Positions 45,697-56,113 of a stretch of 64,000 nt of DNA are shown here, piece by piece. The stretch is from Eubacteriales bacterium (GTDB lineage Bacteria > Bacillota > Clostridia > Oscillospirales > QAKW01), in the NCBI GenBank assembly GCA_045546995.1, contig JAZQDW010000008.1, forward strand, positions 3,253-67,252, given 5' to 3'. The notes under the pieces are model-generated. The model made no database searches, was not told the DNA's origin, and saw nothing but the letters and a program-made list of their open reading frames with translations. Made by a program: the position numbers and the translations under genes. Each line of letters starts with the position of its first letter. The stretch's first letter is position 1.

Positions 45697-45730
45697 AAAA
45701 TCGGACAGCATTCGCTGTCCGATTTTTATT
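45697..45730 (+). terminator. rplS terminator
   Basis: ATCGGACAGC-attc-GCTGTCCGAT followed by TTTTT. Confidence 0.8.
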
Positions 45731-45743
45731 TTATGCTAAAAAT

Positions 45744-45777
45744 CAAAGCGCCTTTTCCGTTTGGAAAAGGCGCTTTG
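45744..45777 (-). terminator. terminator of the sigma/giant-protein operon
   Basis: CAAAGCGCCTTTTCC-gttt-GGAAAAGGCGCTTTG, with a T-run on the minus strand. Confidence 0.75.
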
Positions 45778-45779
45778 AA

Positions 45780-48700
45780 TTATGCGACAGGGGCGGGGGC
45801 CTCAGCGTTGGGAGCCAACGGATCTGCGGGTGGCAGAGCGGCCGGATCAACAATGCTGATTGTAGAACTTGTGGAAACAAAGCGTTTGTCATCACCGTCA
45901 ATAATGATCGGCTCAATGACGAATTTTCCGAGCAACGCTGCCTTGCAGGTGAGTGTAACGGTAGTGTTAGCCTTGCTTTCCGAGATGATTGAAATATCGG
46001 AAAGATCGGGGGATAGCGTATAGTCCCAATGGGTTGCATTGCTCTTAATTGATGCGAGTTTTAGACCGGTAGGCAGATGAATACGCAGTGTTCCGGTTGC
46101 CATCAGTTCGGGCGTGAGGGTGATGCTGATGGTGACGTCGGTGTTGAGGCCGGCTTGTGTAGGAACGCTACAAACGATTGCGCCGCTTTTCAGTCCGTCC
46201 TTGGAAAAATCGGTGGCATTCGACGTGACGTGAGCAGTGCAGAGCGTGCTTTCTGTCTCATCAACAATGCTGAATGCATCATTATCGGCGTTGATTTTTG
46301 CAATTTTATATGCGCATTTTGCATAAGTGATCGATTGTTCTCCTATGTCAAAAATACCGAGTTTTACGGTATTTTTGCCGCTGAGAGCCGGGGTGTATTC
46401 TTTGACAAAGCTAATCTTTTCAATGCCATTGAAGGTATCAGGGGCGTCGTTGATCAGCGCATAGGAAAGAATTTGGTCGGCTTCTTTTGCGGAAATTCTT
46501 GCGGTGAGCAGAGAGAGCAGATTGTTGCAAAGATCAGTGTGATCGGCATTGTCGGGTTTGATCATCAGCTTTTCTTCCTGCGGTATCAGCATGGTTTTGA
46601 TGCGATTGATATAAATATCGTTCGCCTTTTGTTGATTGCCGCTGTATGCATAGGCTAGTGCAAAATAAAGCTGTTGTTCATTTGTCAGCCCATTACCTTC
46701 GGCATAATAGTATGCAAGGTCTTTTTCGACTGCTTCTCCCAGTGCGGCTTTGCCCCACAAAGCGCAGAGGACCTGTTCGTATTCAGAATCCACATTGGTC
46801 AAAATGCTGTCAAAATATCCGGAGGTCTTTACACTGTCAACGGAGGCGGGGAAAAGGGAGGCGATTTGCGCTGTCAGCAGCAAATCCGGCTCTTTTTGGT
46901 CGGTGTAGGCACAATAGCCGCCATTGATCTCATAGGCTTTGAGGATATCGGCAATTTTGGAGGTACCATCCTCCTCGGTTCCGCTGAGTACGGATGCAGC
47001 ATACGCTCTGCCGATGACGTGGTCGATGCGCATTCCGCCGTTGCTGTACAGCTGTGTTAACAGCGCCGCAAAACGTTGGTTTTCTTTATCGGACAAGATG
47101 ATGGTTGATACGTTGCCGTTTGCGCGCTCAAGAAGCGCTGCATTTTCAACCGCTTGCAGGCCTTCTTTGACGGAAAAGTCAAATTCGACCGTTGTTGCTT
47201 TTTTGCCGGTGACGGTGATTTTGCAGGTGTAGTCACCAATGGGGAGTGTGCCCAGGTTCACGGTTTGTAAGCCTGTGCCATGCTGTATAGTCTTGGTTGT
47301 GTGGAGCGCAGTACCGCTGTATACGTTGATTTCTGTTTTGCTATTGTCGCTTAAATTACTTCCGCCTGCTGTGAATGCGATGATACAATCGCTGTCTTTG
47401 GCAAATACATTATCTGTGTGATTTTTGACAAATAAATCAGCCTCGGTTTTGATTTTTGTAATGGCGCAGCCGACCTGAGTGGTCGGGGTGATCACAACTG
47501 CTTGCCCGATCCATTGGTCGTTTTCTTCCGGAACGGTGATCTGAATGACTGCGGTGCCGTTTTTGTCGGTTTTGCCACTGACAAAGCCAACAGATACCAG
47601 CTGATCGTTTACGGCATCCTTGTCGGCCTCGCTCGTTTCAACAGCAACGTTTGCAACCGGGACAGAAATGCTGCTTTGCGTCAAATCGTTCAATACGGCT
47701 GTGCCGGAAAGAACGGCGCTATTGGCGGTTGTTAAGTTGAATGCAAAGGGCGCGTTTTTGACCGGCTTTCCGTCAGGGTCGTTGACCTGCAGGGTCAGTT
47801 TGGCTTTTTCTCCCGGTTGATAGCTTTCTTTTTCTGCAGAAACAGTGGCGGTCAAAAGGCTGGTTTTGTCGGATCTTTCCAGTGTTGTCGGTTCAATGGA
47901 GAAATAGTGCTGTCCGCTGAAATAAACGCCGGAGATGCCGATTTTTGCTCCGAGATCGGTTGTATATGTGAAGGAAGCGTTGTTTTCTTCGGTGACAAAC
48001 GAATTGCTGCCCTTACCATTATTTAAATGATAAATGAAATTGCCATCCTTCAGCGCTTGTTTTGCCGAGGGATCATAAACCTTTAAACTGATCACTTCGT
48101 TATAAGCAGCCTGTGTGGGGCATTCGAATTTAAATGCTTTTGCATCGTGATTTACGGGTTGATCAACGTAACAGGTGTATACGCATTCGCGTCCTGCGGA
48201 ATCCTTTGTGATCAGCTTCAGATATCGATAGCCACTGGCGGTGGGAAGGGAAAGATCGTTAAGTGTTAATTTGCCACCTGCTGTTGTGACGGGGAGCGTT
48301 TTAACAACGGTATCTTTTTCGGTGTAGCTGTATTTCAGCTGAACCTTATTGCTGGTGGTATCGTAATACGTGCCGCTTTGCTTGCGTTCGAAGGAAACGT
48401 CGTGAACTTCAATGGTGACGTCTTTTGTCGTAGGTTCACCGGCGTAGTCGGCTGTTGAGAGATCTGTACAAGTCTTTTTAAAAGCCGCATCAGACAGCGC
48501 GTTCAGCTTTTGCAGATCGATTTTTCCGGTTTGAATATCCAGGGTGCAACCGATGGGTGTTTTTTTGCTGACGGTTCCGTAAATGTATTCGTCAGTGTTG
48601 AAAACAAGAATCGGAGATGTGACATTGTTTTCCTCTACACCGTAGATAAACTCCGTTGTAAATAATGTGGGAGCACATTTGGAAAGCGGATCGGTTGCAA

Positions 48701-50627
48701 TGCCTGCACCGTAATTTGCAGCAAAGGTAGTGCCGGCTGTCCCGGTTTTATCGGTAGTTACCGCTACATCTGTGTTATACTTGCCGCTGAGGTTTGCGGC
48801 GGGAAGGCCATTGTTGTAGAAAACCTTTGCCGTGGCGGTGACGTTTTCGCCATGGAGATATGCGTTTTTATTTGTATTCAGCAAAACGGTGTGTGCACGG
48901 TCATCCTCGGAAGTAACAGTGACGTTTTTGCTGGATACAACGGTACCGTTGATGTTTAAGTTGATGGTCAGTGCGCCGGGCTTGATGTTTTCAAGCGGGA
49001 TTTCAGCTGTGTATGCGCCGCCGGTAATATTTACTTCCATAGTTTCGATATCGCGGCTGAAAACGAGAGAGGCCACAGGTTCGTCTGCATCACTATAACG
49101 TTTGCTGATTGTTCCCCAAACAGTGATGGTGTCGTCAACGTTGTAACGTGTGCTGTCGCTGTACAGGAAGGCGTTGAACATATTTTGCGGGCCGGCAGAC
49201 GAAGCGGGTGTTTCGCAACAAAGGATGTACGGGAGCAAGTTGTTGGCATTGATCGTTGCATAGGCGTAACGTTCGTCGCTCTCGGTTTTGATCGTGGCCA
49301 GACCCAAATCATTTGTTTGCGCACCGGTATTGCCTATTTTGATTTTTGCGCCGGAAACAGGCTGTTCGGTTTGCGTGCTGTTGATCCAGAACGTATGCGT
49401 ATCATTGTTGAAAGAACAGTAAACCGCCAAGTCGTGTGACTGAAGCAATTGATAGCACTTCAGTTCATTCCACAGGATTTCTGCGACGTAATAGCCGGTT
49501 TCCAGTTCCTTGGGATAATTAAGATAGTAGGTGTCTTTTATCAGTGGGTCGGGGATGGCCGAGACGGAGAATTGTGCATATACCGTACTGTCTCCACGCT
49601 TGACATCGGTAATGATGGCGGAGGACAAAACGGTGTCGTGGCCATATTTCTTGTGCAATTCAAGATAGGTGTCGGAGTCGGGTAATTTGTGCAGCGTTAC
49701 GTCGGCAGTTGTCGTAGTGGTTCCTTTTGCGCCGATGGTTACGCTGGGGGCTTGTGTTGTTGAAAACGTATTTGCAATGTCAAAGGCGTTCTTTTTGACG
49801 TAAATATACCGATCGCTGTCTCCTGCGCCGGTAGTGAAACTGAAGGTGGTGGATTTGCCTAAAGCATGTTCCTCGTTACCATAAATGGAGCCATCGATTG
49901 TGACGGTATACGTGGTGTAGGGGAGCAGTGCTTCTTTGGGCGTAAATGTCCAGATGCGGCCTTTGTGGGTAAAGGTTCCTTCGACTTCGGGATAAATACT
50001 GAAATATTCCTGGAAGGCGTTGACACCGCTTTCTGTGAAGGTTACGTTGATTGCGGCTTTACGGTCAATATCGTCAGCGTGGTTTTGAGGAAAATATGAA
50101 TCAATGGCAAATGCTGTTTCGGTTTGTAACGACCAACGGAAGGTGGTGGCGTTGTCAACAAGAGAGTTGACGGTGTAACCGGCATTTTTTTGCAAGGGCT
50201 CGTCAAAGCTGAGGGTGAATCGGTTCGTGCCTTTTTTCTTGATGGAGTATGAAACCTCGGGAAACAGGGAAATGTGTTCCTCCAACTGTTTGGCGCTCAT
50301 GCTTTCTTTTGTGATTACGGTAAGGGTCGTATTGCACGCGACGCCTTGCTGTCCTTGCATATCGGCGGATACATATGTGATGGGACTAAGAATTGCTGTA
50401 TCACCGGATAAATTGTTCGAATTATCAAATCTAAAATAATTGTAGGTGTACCATCCCAATCCGGTTAAAATCAGCAAGGAAATGGCGACAAAGGAGATCC
50501 ATTTTGTAAGCAACCCGTTTTTCCTGTTTCTGGCAGTATCTGCCTGTTGCACAATTTCGCTCAGCGTAGTTGCGGGATCCGGTTTGATTTGGGTATTGAG
50601 CGCAGATAAAAGTTCTCGTAATAACAT
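45780..50627 (-). CDS. 1615-aa single-pass membrane protein: short cytoplasmic N-tail, TM, very large Ig-like/beta-sandwich ectodomain with an alpha-helical repeat region (alpha-2-macroglobulin-like architecture; candidate anti-sigma/sensor)
   Basis: The N-terminal 42 aa are cytoplasmic and the TM helix is WISFVAISLLILTGLGWYTY (nt about 50439-50501). Many beta-rich repeats of about 90-110 aa follow. A helical region (about nt 46450-47100) contains LTQLYSNGGMRIDHV..., INGGYCAY... and LYFALAYAYSGNQQKA. No CxEQ thioester motif occurs after any Cys. The start lies 1 nt after the sigma-factor stop, with AGGAGAA upstream. Confidence 0.8.
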   Translation of the reverse strand: MLLRELLSALNTQIKPDPATTLSEIVQQADTARNRKNGLLTKWISFVAISLLILTGLGWYTYNYFRFDNSNNLSGDTAILSPITYVSADMQGQQGVACNTTLTVITKESMSAKQLEEHISLFPEVSYSIKKKGTNRFTLSFDEPLQKNAGYTVNSLVDNATTFRWSLQTETAFAIDSYFPQNHADDIDRKAAINVTFTESGVNAFQEYFSIYPEVEGTFTHKGRIWTFTPKEALLPYTTYTVTIDGSIYGNEEHALGKSTTFSFTTGAGDSDRYIYVKKNAFDIANTFSTTQAPSVTIGAKGTTTTTADVTLHKLPDSDTYLELHKKYGHDTVLSSAIITDVKRGDSTVYAQFSVSAIPDPLIKDTYYLNYPKELETGYYVAEILWNELKCYQLLQSHDLAVYCSFNNDTHTFWINSTQTEQPVSGAKIKIGNTGAQTNDLGLATIKTESDERYAYATINANNLLPYILCCETPASSAGPQNMFNAFLYSDSTRYNVDDTITVWGTISKRYSDADEPVASLVFSRDIETMEVNITGGAYTAEIPLENIKPGALTINLNINGTVVSSKNVTVTSEDDRAHTVLLNTNKNAYLHGENVTATAKVFYNNGLPAANLSGKYNTDVAVTTDKTGTAGTTFAANYGAGIATDPLSKCAPTLFTTEFIYGVEENNVTSPILVFNTDEYIYGTVSKKTPIGCTLDIQTGKIDLQKLNALSDAAFKKTCTDLSTADYAGEPTTKDVTIEVHDVSFERKQSGTYYDTTSNKVQLKYSYTEKDTVVKTLPVTTAGGKLTLNDLSLPTASGYRYLKLITKDSAGRECVYTCYVDQPVNHDAKAFKFECPTQAAYNEVISLKVYDPSAKQALKDGNFIYHLNNGKGSNSFVTEENNASFTYTTDLGAKIGISGVYFSGQHYFSIEPTTLERSDKTSLLTATVSAEKESYQPGEKAKLTLQVNDPDGKPVKNAPFAFNLTTANSAVLSGTAVLNDLTQSSISVPVANVAVETSEADKDAVNDQLVSVGFVSGKTDKNGTAVIQITVPEENDQWIGQAVVITPTTQVGCAITKIKTEADLFVKNHTDNVFAKDSDCIIAFTAGGSNLSDNSKTEINVYSGTALHTTKTIQHGTGLQTVNLGTLPIGDYTCKITVTGKKATTVEFDFSVKEGLQAVENAALLERANGNVSTIILSDKENQRFAALLTQLYSNGGMRIDHVIGRAYAASVLSGTEEDGTSKIADILKAYEINGGYCAYTDQKEPDLLLTAQIASLFPASVDSVKTSGYFDSILTNVDSEYEQVLCALWGKAALGEAVEKDLAYYYAEGNGLTNEQQLYFALAYAYSGNQQKANDIYINRIKTMLIPQEEKLMIKPDNADHTDLCNNLLSLLTARISAKEADQILSYALINDAPDTFNGIEKISFVKEYTPALSGKNTVKLGIFDIGEQSITYAKCAYKIAKINADNDAFSIVDETESTLCTAHVTSNATDFSKDGLKSGAIVCSVPTQAGLNTDVTISITLTPELMATGTLRIHLPTGLKLASIKSNATHWDYTLSPDLSDISIISESKANTTVTLTCKAALLGKFVIEPIIIDGDDKRFVSTSSTISIVDPAALPPADPLAPNAEAPAPVA

Positions 50628-50628
50628 A

Positions 50629-51177
50629 TCAGTTCTCCTGTACTTGTCCTTTGGTCAATTCGGTACGAATGGCCTTTGTTAAGAAATAAACGTAATTGCC
50701 GGCATCGTCGACCTCAATGCCAAGTTCGGCGGCGATTTTATCAAATCCGAAGCCAAACAGATAGTGCAGATAAAAAGCTCGGCGATATTCCAACGGATAG
50801 GTGGCGACAAAATTGAGAATATTCTGTAATTTGCCCTGTAATTCAGTCTTACTTAAAACAGGGGGGATCTCTGCGTCGAGCTCCTTTTCCAATAAGGATT
50901 TATATCTTTTGTATTTTTTGCCGCTATCGACCGGAGTTTCCTCCAAAGATGCAGTGTAAACGTTGATGTTTTTTTGAATAATGCGATATAATTGCGTACG
51001 CTCGTTTTTTTGCTGCTCGTTGGAATCGAAGCCTTTGTACAACTCTGCGAAACTGTTTTTGAGAATTTCTGCAGTGGCGCTCATGTCAGCGGTTTTTGCC
51101 AGCGTGTAGCCATAGGCCTCCTGATAGGTCTTTTTGAAAAATTCTTCAAATAAAATTCGAATTTGCTTCCGTTTCAT
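50629..51177 (-). CDS. ECF-like sigma-70 family factor
   Basis: 182 aa. Region 2-like FEEFFKKTYQEAYGYTLAKTADMSATAEILKNSFAELYK and region 4 HTH LEYRRAFYLHYLFGFGFDKIAAELGIEVDDAGNYVYFLTKAIRTEL. Confidence 0.75.
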   Translation of the reverse strand: MKRKQIRILFEEFFKKTYQEAYGYTLAKTADMSATAEILKNSFAELYKGFDSNEQQKNERTQLYRIIQKNINVYTASLEETPVDSGKKYKRYKSLLEKELDAEIPPVLSKTELQGKLQNILNFVATYPLEYRRAFYLHYLFGFGFDKIAAELGIEVDDAGNYVYFLTKAIRTELTKGQVQEN

Positions 51178-51261
51178 TCAGGTCCCTGCTTTCATAAATT
51201 AAAATGTAATAATTCATTTTAACATAATTTATTGTTTAATGCAAGAATTGAGTTTGGTTTG

Positions 51262-51289
51262 TTGACATCTTATAAAAAAATGTTATAAT
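51262..51289 (+). promoter_or_regulatory. pncB promoter (extended -10)
   Basis: TTGACA, 16-nt spacer, TGtTATAAT. Confidence 0.6.
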
Positions 51290-51326
51290 TCTTGTGTAAG
51301 TTAACAAAAAACAGGAGGCAAAGCTT

Positions 51327-52772
51327 ATGTTTTTCGATCGAGAATTCAATTTGTGTATGTTAAATGATTTTTATGAATTCACAATGAGCAATGGCTATTT
51401 TATTAAAAACAGGGGCGAACAGACGGTATATTTTGATATGTTTTTTCGTAACGTTCCTGACAACGGCGGTTTTGCGATCGCGGCCGGTCTGCAGCAAATA
51501 ATCGATTACATGCAAACGTTGCATTTTGATAAAAAGGACGTTGATTTTTTGCGTTCTAAAAAGATGTTCGACGAAGCGTTTTTACAATATCTTGAAAACT
51601 TTAAATTTGAATGTGACGTCTGGGCTGTTCCCGAGGGTATGCCGATATTCCCCGGAGAACCTATTTTGACGGTCAGAGGGCCTGCTGTGCAAGCGCAACT
51701 GGTGGAGACGATGATCCTTTTGACGATGAATCATCAGTCTTTGATTGCCACAAAAGCAAACCGCATTGTACGTGCTGCTCAAGGGCGTGCGGTTTCCGAG
51801 TTTGGCGCACGCCGCGCACAGGGTTATGCCGGCGCGGTGTTGGGGGCGCGCGCAGCGTATATTGCAGGGTGTAGCGGTACGTCAAACGTCTTGACGGATA
51901 TGGCATACGGCGTACCAAGCAGTGGCACGATGGCGCACAGTTGGGTGCAGACGTTTGATACAGAGTACGAAGCGTTTAAAACCTACGCGGAAGTGTATCC
52001 GGATTCCTGTGTTTTGTTGATCGATACATACAGTGTTCTTAATTCCGGTTTGCCCAACGCTATCAAGGTTTTCAACGAAATTTTGGCTCCTCTTGGAAAG
52101 CGTCCTGTTGCTGTTCGGATTGACTCGGGAGATATTACTTATTTGTCTAAAAAAATCAGAAAGAAATTGGATGAAGCAGGGTATCCGGATTGTAAAATTA
52201 TGGCCTCAAATTCGTTGGACGAATACATCATTCGCGAGATGATTTTGCAAGGGGCGGAAATTGATTTGTTCGGCGTTGGTGAACGCCTTGTTACGTCGAA
52301 AAGTAACCCGGTTTTCGGCGGTGTTTATAAGCTTGCTGCAGTTGAAAAAGATGGGGAAATTATTCCCAAGATCAAGATTTCGGAAAATGCCGAAAAAATC
52401 ACAAATCCGCACTTCAAAAAGGTCTATAGATTGTATTCAAATGAAACCGGAAAGGCGATTGCTGACGTTATTACTTTATATGATGAAACTATTGATGAAA
52501 GTAAGCCGTTTTTGCTGTTTGATCCGGTGCATATCTGGAAGAAAAAATGGGTGGAAAATTTTACCGCTGTGCCGCTTTGCCGTCCGATCTTTGAAAAGGG
52601 AAAATTGGTATACGATATGCCTTCGATACAGGAATCCAGGGCGTTCTGCGCTGCGGAGGTTGACCGACTTTGGGATGAGGTCAAACGCTTTGAGAATCCG
52701 CATAAATATTATGTGGACTTATCTCAAAAACTCTGGAATATCAAACAAAACCTTCTGAATCAAGATCGCTGA
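51327..52772 (+). CDS. pncB: nicotinate phosphoribosyltransferase
   Basis: 481 aa: ...MLNDFYEFTMSNGYF...GARRAQG...GTMAHSWVQ...RIDSGD... Confidence 0.9.
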   Translation: MFFDREFNLCMLNDFYEFTMSNGYFIKNRGEQTVYFDMFFRNVPDNGGFAIAAGLQQIIDYMQTLHFDKKDVDFLRSKKMFDEAFLQYLENFKFECDVWAVPEGMPIFPGEPILTVRGPAVQAQLVETMILLTMNHQSLIATKANRIVRAAQGRAVSEFGARRAQGYAGAVLGARAAYIAGCSGTSNVLTDMAYGVPSSGTMAHSWVQTFDTEYEAFKTYAEVYPDSCVLLIDTYSVLNSGLPNAIKVFNEILAPLGKRPVAVRIDSGDITYLSKKIRKKLDEAGYPDCKIMASNSLDEYIIREMILQGAEIDLFGVGERLVTSKSNPVFGGVYKLAAVEKDGEIIPKIKISENAEKITNPHFKKVYRLYSNETGKAIADVITLYDETIDESKPFLLFDPVHIWKKKWVENFTAVPLCRPIFEKGKLVYDMPSIQESRAFCAAEVDRLWDEVKRFENPHKYYVDLSQKLWNIKQNLLNQDR

Positions 52773-52797
52773 TCTGTCGTTTGTGCATAATAAACAA

Positions 52798-52834
52798 AAA
52801 CACGCCGCAAGAAATTTTGCAGGCGTCTTTTTTG
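52798..52834 (+). terminator. pncB terminator
   Basis: ACGCCGCAA-gaaatt-TTGCaGGCGT followed by a T-run. Confidence 0.7.
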
Positions 52835-53095
52835 TGCAATATTCACAAAAATTGAGACGAAAAGCAATTTTCTCTACCGTAAAAAAACGTGAAAAATGGC
52901 AAAAAAAATTAAAAAAATCGTATATTTTTATTAATAAATTGTTGAATTTGTTTATATAATATGTTAAACTAATTAATATTAAGATGTATTATTTTGTTCT
53001 ATCGTCGTGATTTTATTCAACCTGCAAATCTAAAGTCCGGTGAACCGGCAAAATAACCATCTAGTTTTGTAATCAAAATGTTTGGAGGTAACGCA

Positions 53096-56000
53096 ATGTC
53101 AAACAGAAGTGCAATCAAAAAAATGTTTCGGTCTTCTGTCTGTCTGATGATGGTGTTGATTATGTGCCTGTCGATGGCCGTAGTCGCATTTGCAGACGGG
53201 GAAACGACCGGAGCCGATGACTCCTATCTTGCCGGTCAGCAATCTGCTGATTCCGCCGAGACGGAGAGTTATCTTACCGGTTTTGTCAGAGAAAATCTGT
53301 ATAACGATTACTATGACAAATACCTGCAGTACGATATGATACTTCCCACCGTTGAGGTGGATGGCCCTGCTTTTGCTGCTGCTACCGCAAAAGTTAAAAG
53401 TGAGGCTGTTTTTGAGGAAGCTACTACCGTTGCTGTAATTGAAAAAGAGGGTGTGATTGATTATACGATCAATGTTCCCACGACCGGTATGTATGCTTTG
53501 AAGATGAATTATTTTCCCATCGAGGATCTCAACGGCAACGATATCGAGATTGCTGTCAAGATCGATGGCAAAACTCCTTTTGAGGAAGCGGCAGCGCTGA
53601 ACCTGAAGAGAGTCTGGATCAACGAGTTGGTCGACGGCAAGATTTCTACCGACAGTATCGGTAATGAATTGCTGCCCAATCAGATTCAGAGTTCTCGTTG
53701 GGTTTCCAAAGATCTGTTTGATGCAGAAGGCAGATATTTGGATTCTTTCAAATTCTATCTCACTGCCGGTGAGCATAAACTGAGCCTGATTGTTGAAAAC
53801 GGTTTGTTTGCTCTTGACTCTATGGTTCTTCATAATGAAGGTGCCATGATTTCTTACGATGAGTATCTTAACAATGCTGTTTACAGTGGCGCTCAAGATA
53901 CTGCTGTTCAGTTGGAGCCCGTTGAAGCTGAACAATTCGTTGACAAGAGTGACTCCATTATTCAGATGGCATTTGACCGCAGTGATGCTTTGGTTAGACC
54001 TTACAGCATCAGCACGACCAAATATAATACTTTGGGTGGTACCAACTGGCAGAAGAGCGGTAACCGCGTCAACTGGACAATTGATGTTCCTGAAGATGGT
54101 TTGTATGAACTGTCTTTCCGTTACAGACAGTCTTATCAACGTGGTATGGCTTCTTACCGTACCCTTTATATTGATGATGTCGTGCCCTTTGCTGAGGCTC
54201 GTTGCATCGCATTTGATTACAAAACCGGTTTCCAGTATATGGTTGCAGGCCGTGAGCTGGAAGATGGTACAAAAGAGAACTATAAGTTCTATTTAACTGC
54301 CGGTAAACACACGCTTTCTTTGGAGGCAAGTATTGGTGAAATGTCCAATACTTATCGCGAAGTTGAGAGCATTATCTACCAATTAAATTATATATACAGA
54401 AAAATCGTTCTGATCACCGGTATTACTCCTGATAATAATCGTGACTATCAGCTGTTTACCAGAATCGCCGATTTGGAATCGATGATGACCTCTGCTATCG
54501 AATCCATGAGAACCACAAAGCAGAACGTTGACGCTTTGAATGATGGTAACGGTGGCGGTGATGCTGAGATTTTGAACACGCTGGTTGTTCAGATGGAAGA
54601 CTTCGTTAAGAAGCCCTATTCCATTCCCAGCCGCTTGGACACCTTTAAGGATAACATCAGTACTCTGGGTAACTGGCTGCTGGACATTCGTGATCAGCCT
54701 CTCTGTATTGACAGATTCTTCCTGGCCGGATCGCAAGCCGGTCTGAAACCTCAGAAGAGCAACTTCATTCAGGGTGTTTCTCACGAAATCAGAGGATTTA
54801 TTTCTTCCTTCGTTGATGACTATACTGCTGTTGGTGGCTCCGCCGATGAGGATGAGCGCGCTATCAGCGTTTGGGTTGGTACCGGTCGTGACCAGGCAAT
54901 TGCACTGAAAACATTGACGGACAACTATTTTACTCCCGAAACCAATATCGGTGTTAACATCTCTCTGGTTCCTCTGGGCATTTTGTCCAAGGCGATCATT
55001 GCAGGTAAGGGCCCCAACGTTGCACTTCACGTTTCCAGAACCGAGCCGATCAACCTTGGTATCCGCGGTGCCTTGGTCGATATTCAAGATATGGAAGGTT
55101 ACGAGGACGTACAGGCACGCTTCTCTAAGTATGCGATGGCGCCTTACACCTTTACTTCCACGCTGGAGGATGGCACTCAGTACAGCAAGACCTTTGGTCT
55201 GCCCGAGACTCAGAACTTCGAAATGATGTTCTATCGTACAGATATTTTTGCTGAACTTGGCATTAAGGTTCCCAACACTTGGGATGAATTTGATGCAATT
55301 CTGCCCGTAATTCAGTCCAACAACATGACCGTTGGTTTGAATCAAAACACCGGTGGCGGTATGTTCTTTACTTTGATTCAGCAGAACGACGGCTTGATCT
55401 ACACTCCCGACGGTTCCAAAACCTGCTTTACTGAGCAGTATGCAGTTGACGCCTTTACTAAATGGACCGACTATTACAGAATGTACGATTTTCCGTTGAC
55501 CTACAGTTTCTATGCTCGCTTTAGAAGCGGTGAAATGCCTCTGGCATTCCAGCCCTATTCTCAGGCCACCTTTATTGAGGAGTCTGCACCTGAATTGCGT
55601 GGCTTATGGGCAATGGCACCCGTTCCCGGCACTTTGGATGAGAACGGCAAGCTGAACCGTACGGAAGAATCCTCCGGTTTGACCGCCAGTATCATTATTA
55701 AGAGCATTGCTAAGAGTGAAGCTAAGAGACAGCAAGAGGAAGCAGATTCCTGGACCTTTATTAAATGGTGGACTTCTGCTGACATTGCTGCACAGTATGG
55801 TAAGCGTGTAGAAATGGCTATCGGCCCTGTTGCCCGTTATACCACCGCCAATCTGGAAGCCTTTGATATGATCGGCTGGGATCACGATCACGCCGTCAGC
55901 ATTAAAGAGCAGAGAGCCAGTGTTAAGGAAATTCCCGAAGTAATTGGTGGTTATTACGTATCCCGTATGGTAACCAACGCATTCCGTGCAGTTACCAACG

Positions 56001-56113
56001 ACTACAGCAACCAGCGCGAGATGCTGTTCTATTATGACGATCAAATTAACAATGAGATTTGGAGAAAACGTCAAGAGTACAATTTCTCCATTCCGGAGGA
56101 GGCTGATATTTAA
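53096..56113 (+). CDS. giant ABC-transporter solute-binding protein with two tandem CBM-like beta-sandwich domains
   Basis: 1005 aa from MSNRSAIKK (GGAGG 7 nt upstream). It has an N-terminal signal/anchor. The internal duplication pairs IDYTINVPTTGMYALKMNYFP...FKFYLTAGEHKLSL with VNWTIDVPEDGLYELSFRYRQ...YKFYLTAGKHTLSL. The C-terminal about 430 aa resemble a family-1 sugar-binding protein (ISVWVGTGRDQAIALKTL...). Confidence 0.8.
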   Translation: MSNRSAIKKMFRSSVCLMMVLIMCLSMAVVAFADGETTGADDSYLAGQQSADSAETESYLTGFVRENLYNDYYDKYLQYDMILPTVEVDGPAFAAATAKVKSEAVFEEATTVAVIEKEGVIDYTINVPTTGMYALKMNYFPIEDLNGNDIEIAVKIDGKTPFEEAAALNLKRVWINELVDGKISTDSIGNELLPNQIQSSRWVSKDLFDAEGRYLDSFKFYLTAGEHKLSLIVENGLFALDSMVLHNEGAMISYDEYLNNAVYSGAQDTAVQLEPVEAEQFVDKSDSIIQMAFDRSDALVRPYSISTTKYNTLGGTNWQKSGNRVNWTIDVPEDGLYELSFRYRQSYQRGMASYRTLYIDDVVPFAEARCIAFDYKTGFQYMVAGRELEDGTKENYKFYLTAGKHTLSLEASIGEMSNTYREVESIIYQLNYIYRKIVLITGITPDNNRDYQLFTRIADLESMMTSAIESMRTTKQNVDALNDGNGGGDAEILNTLVVQMEDFVKKPYSIPSRLDTFKDNISTLGNWLLDIRDQPLCIDRFFLAGSQAGLKPQKSNFIQGVSHEIRGFISSFVDDYTAVGGSADEDERAISVWVGTGRDQAIALKTLTDNYFTPETNIGVNISLVPLGILSKAIIAGKGPNVALHVSRTEPINLGIRGALVDIQDMEGYEDVQARFSKYAMAPYTFTSTLEDGTQYSKTFGLPETQNFEMMFYRTDIFAELGIKVPNTWDEFDAILPVIQSNNMTVGLNQNTGGGMFFTLIQQNDGLIYTPDGSKTCFTEQYAVDAFTKWTDYYRMYDFPLTYSFYARFRSGEMPLAFQPYSQATFIEESAPELRGLWAMAPVPGTLDENGKLNRTEESSGLTASIIIKSIAKSEAKRQQEEADSWTFIKWWTSADIAAQYGKRVEMAIGPVARYTTANLEAFDMIGWDHDHAVSIKEQRASVKEIPEVIGGYYVSRMVTNAFRAVTNDYSNQREMLFYYDDQINNEIWRKRQEYNFSIPEEADI

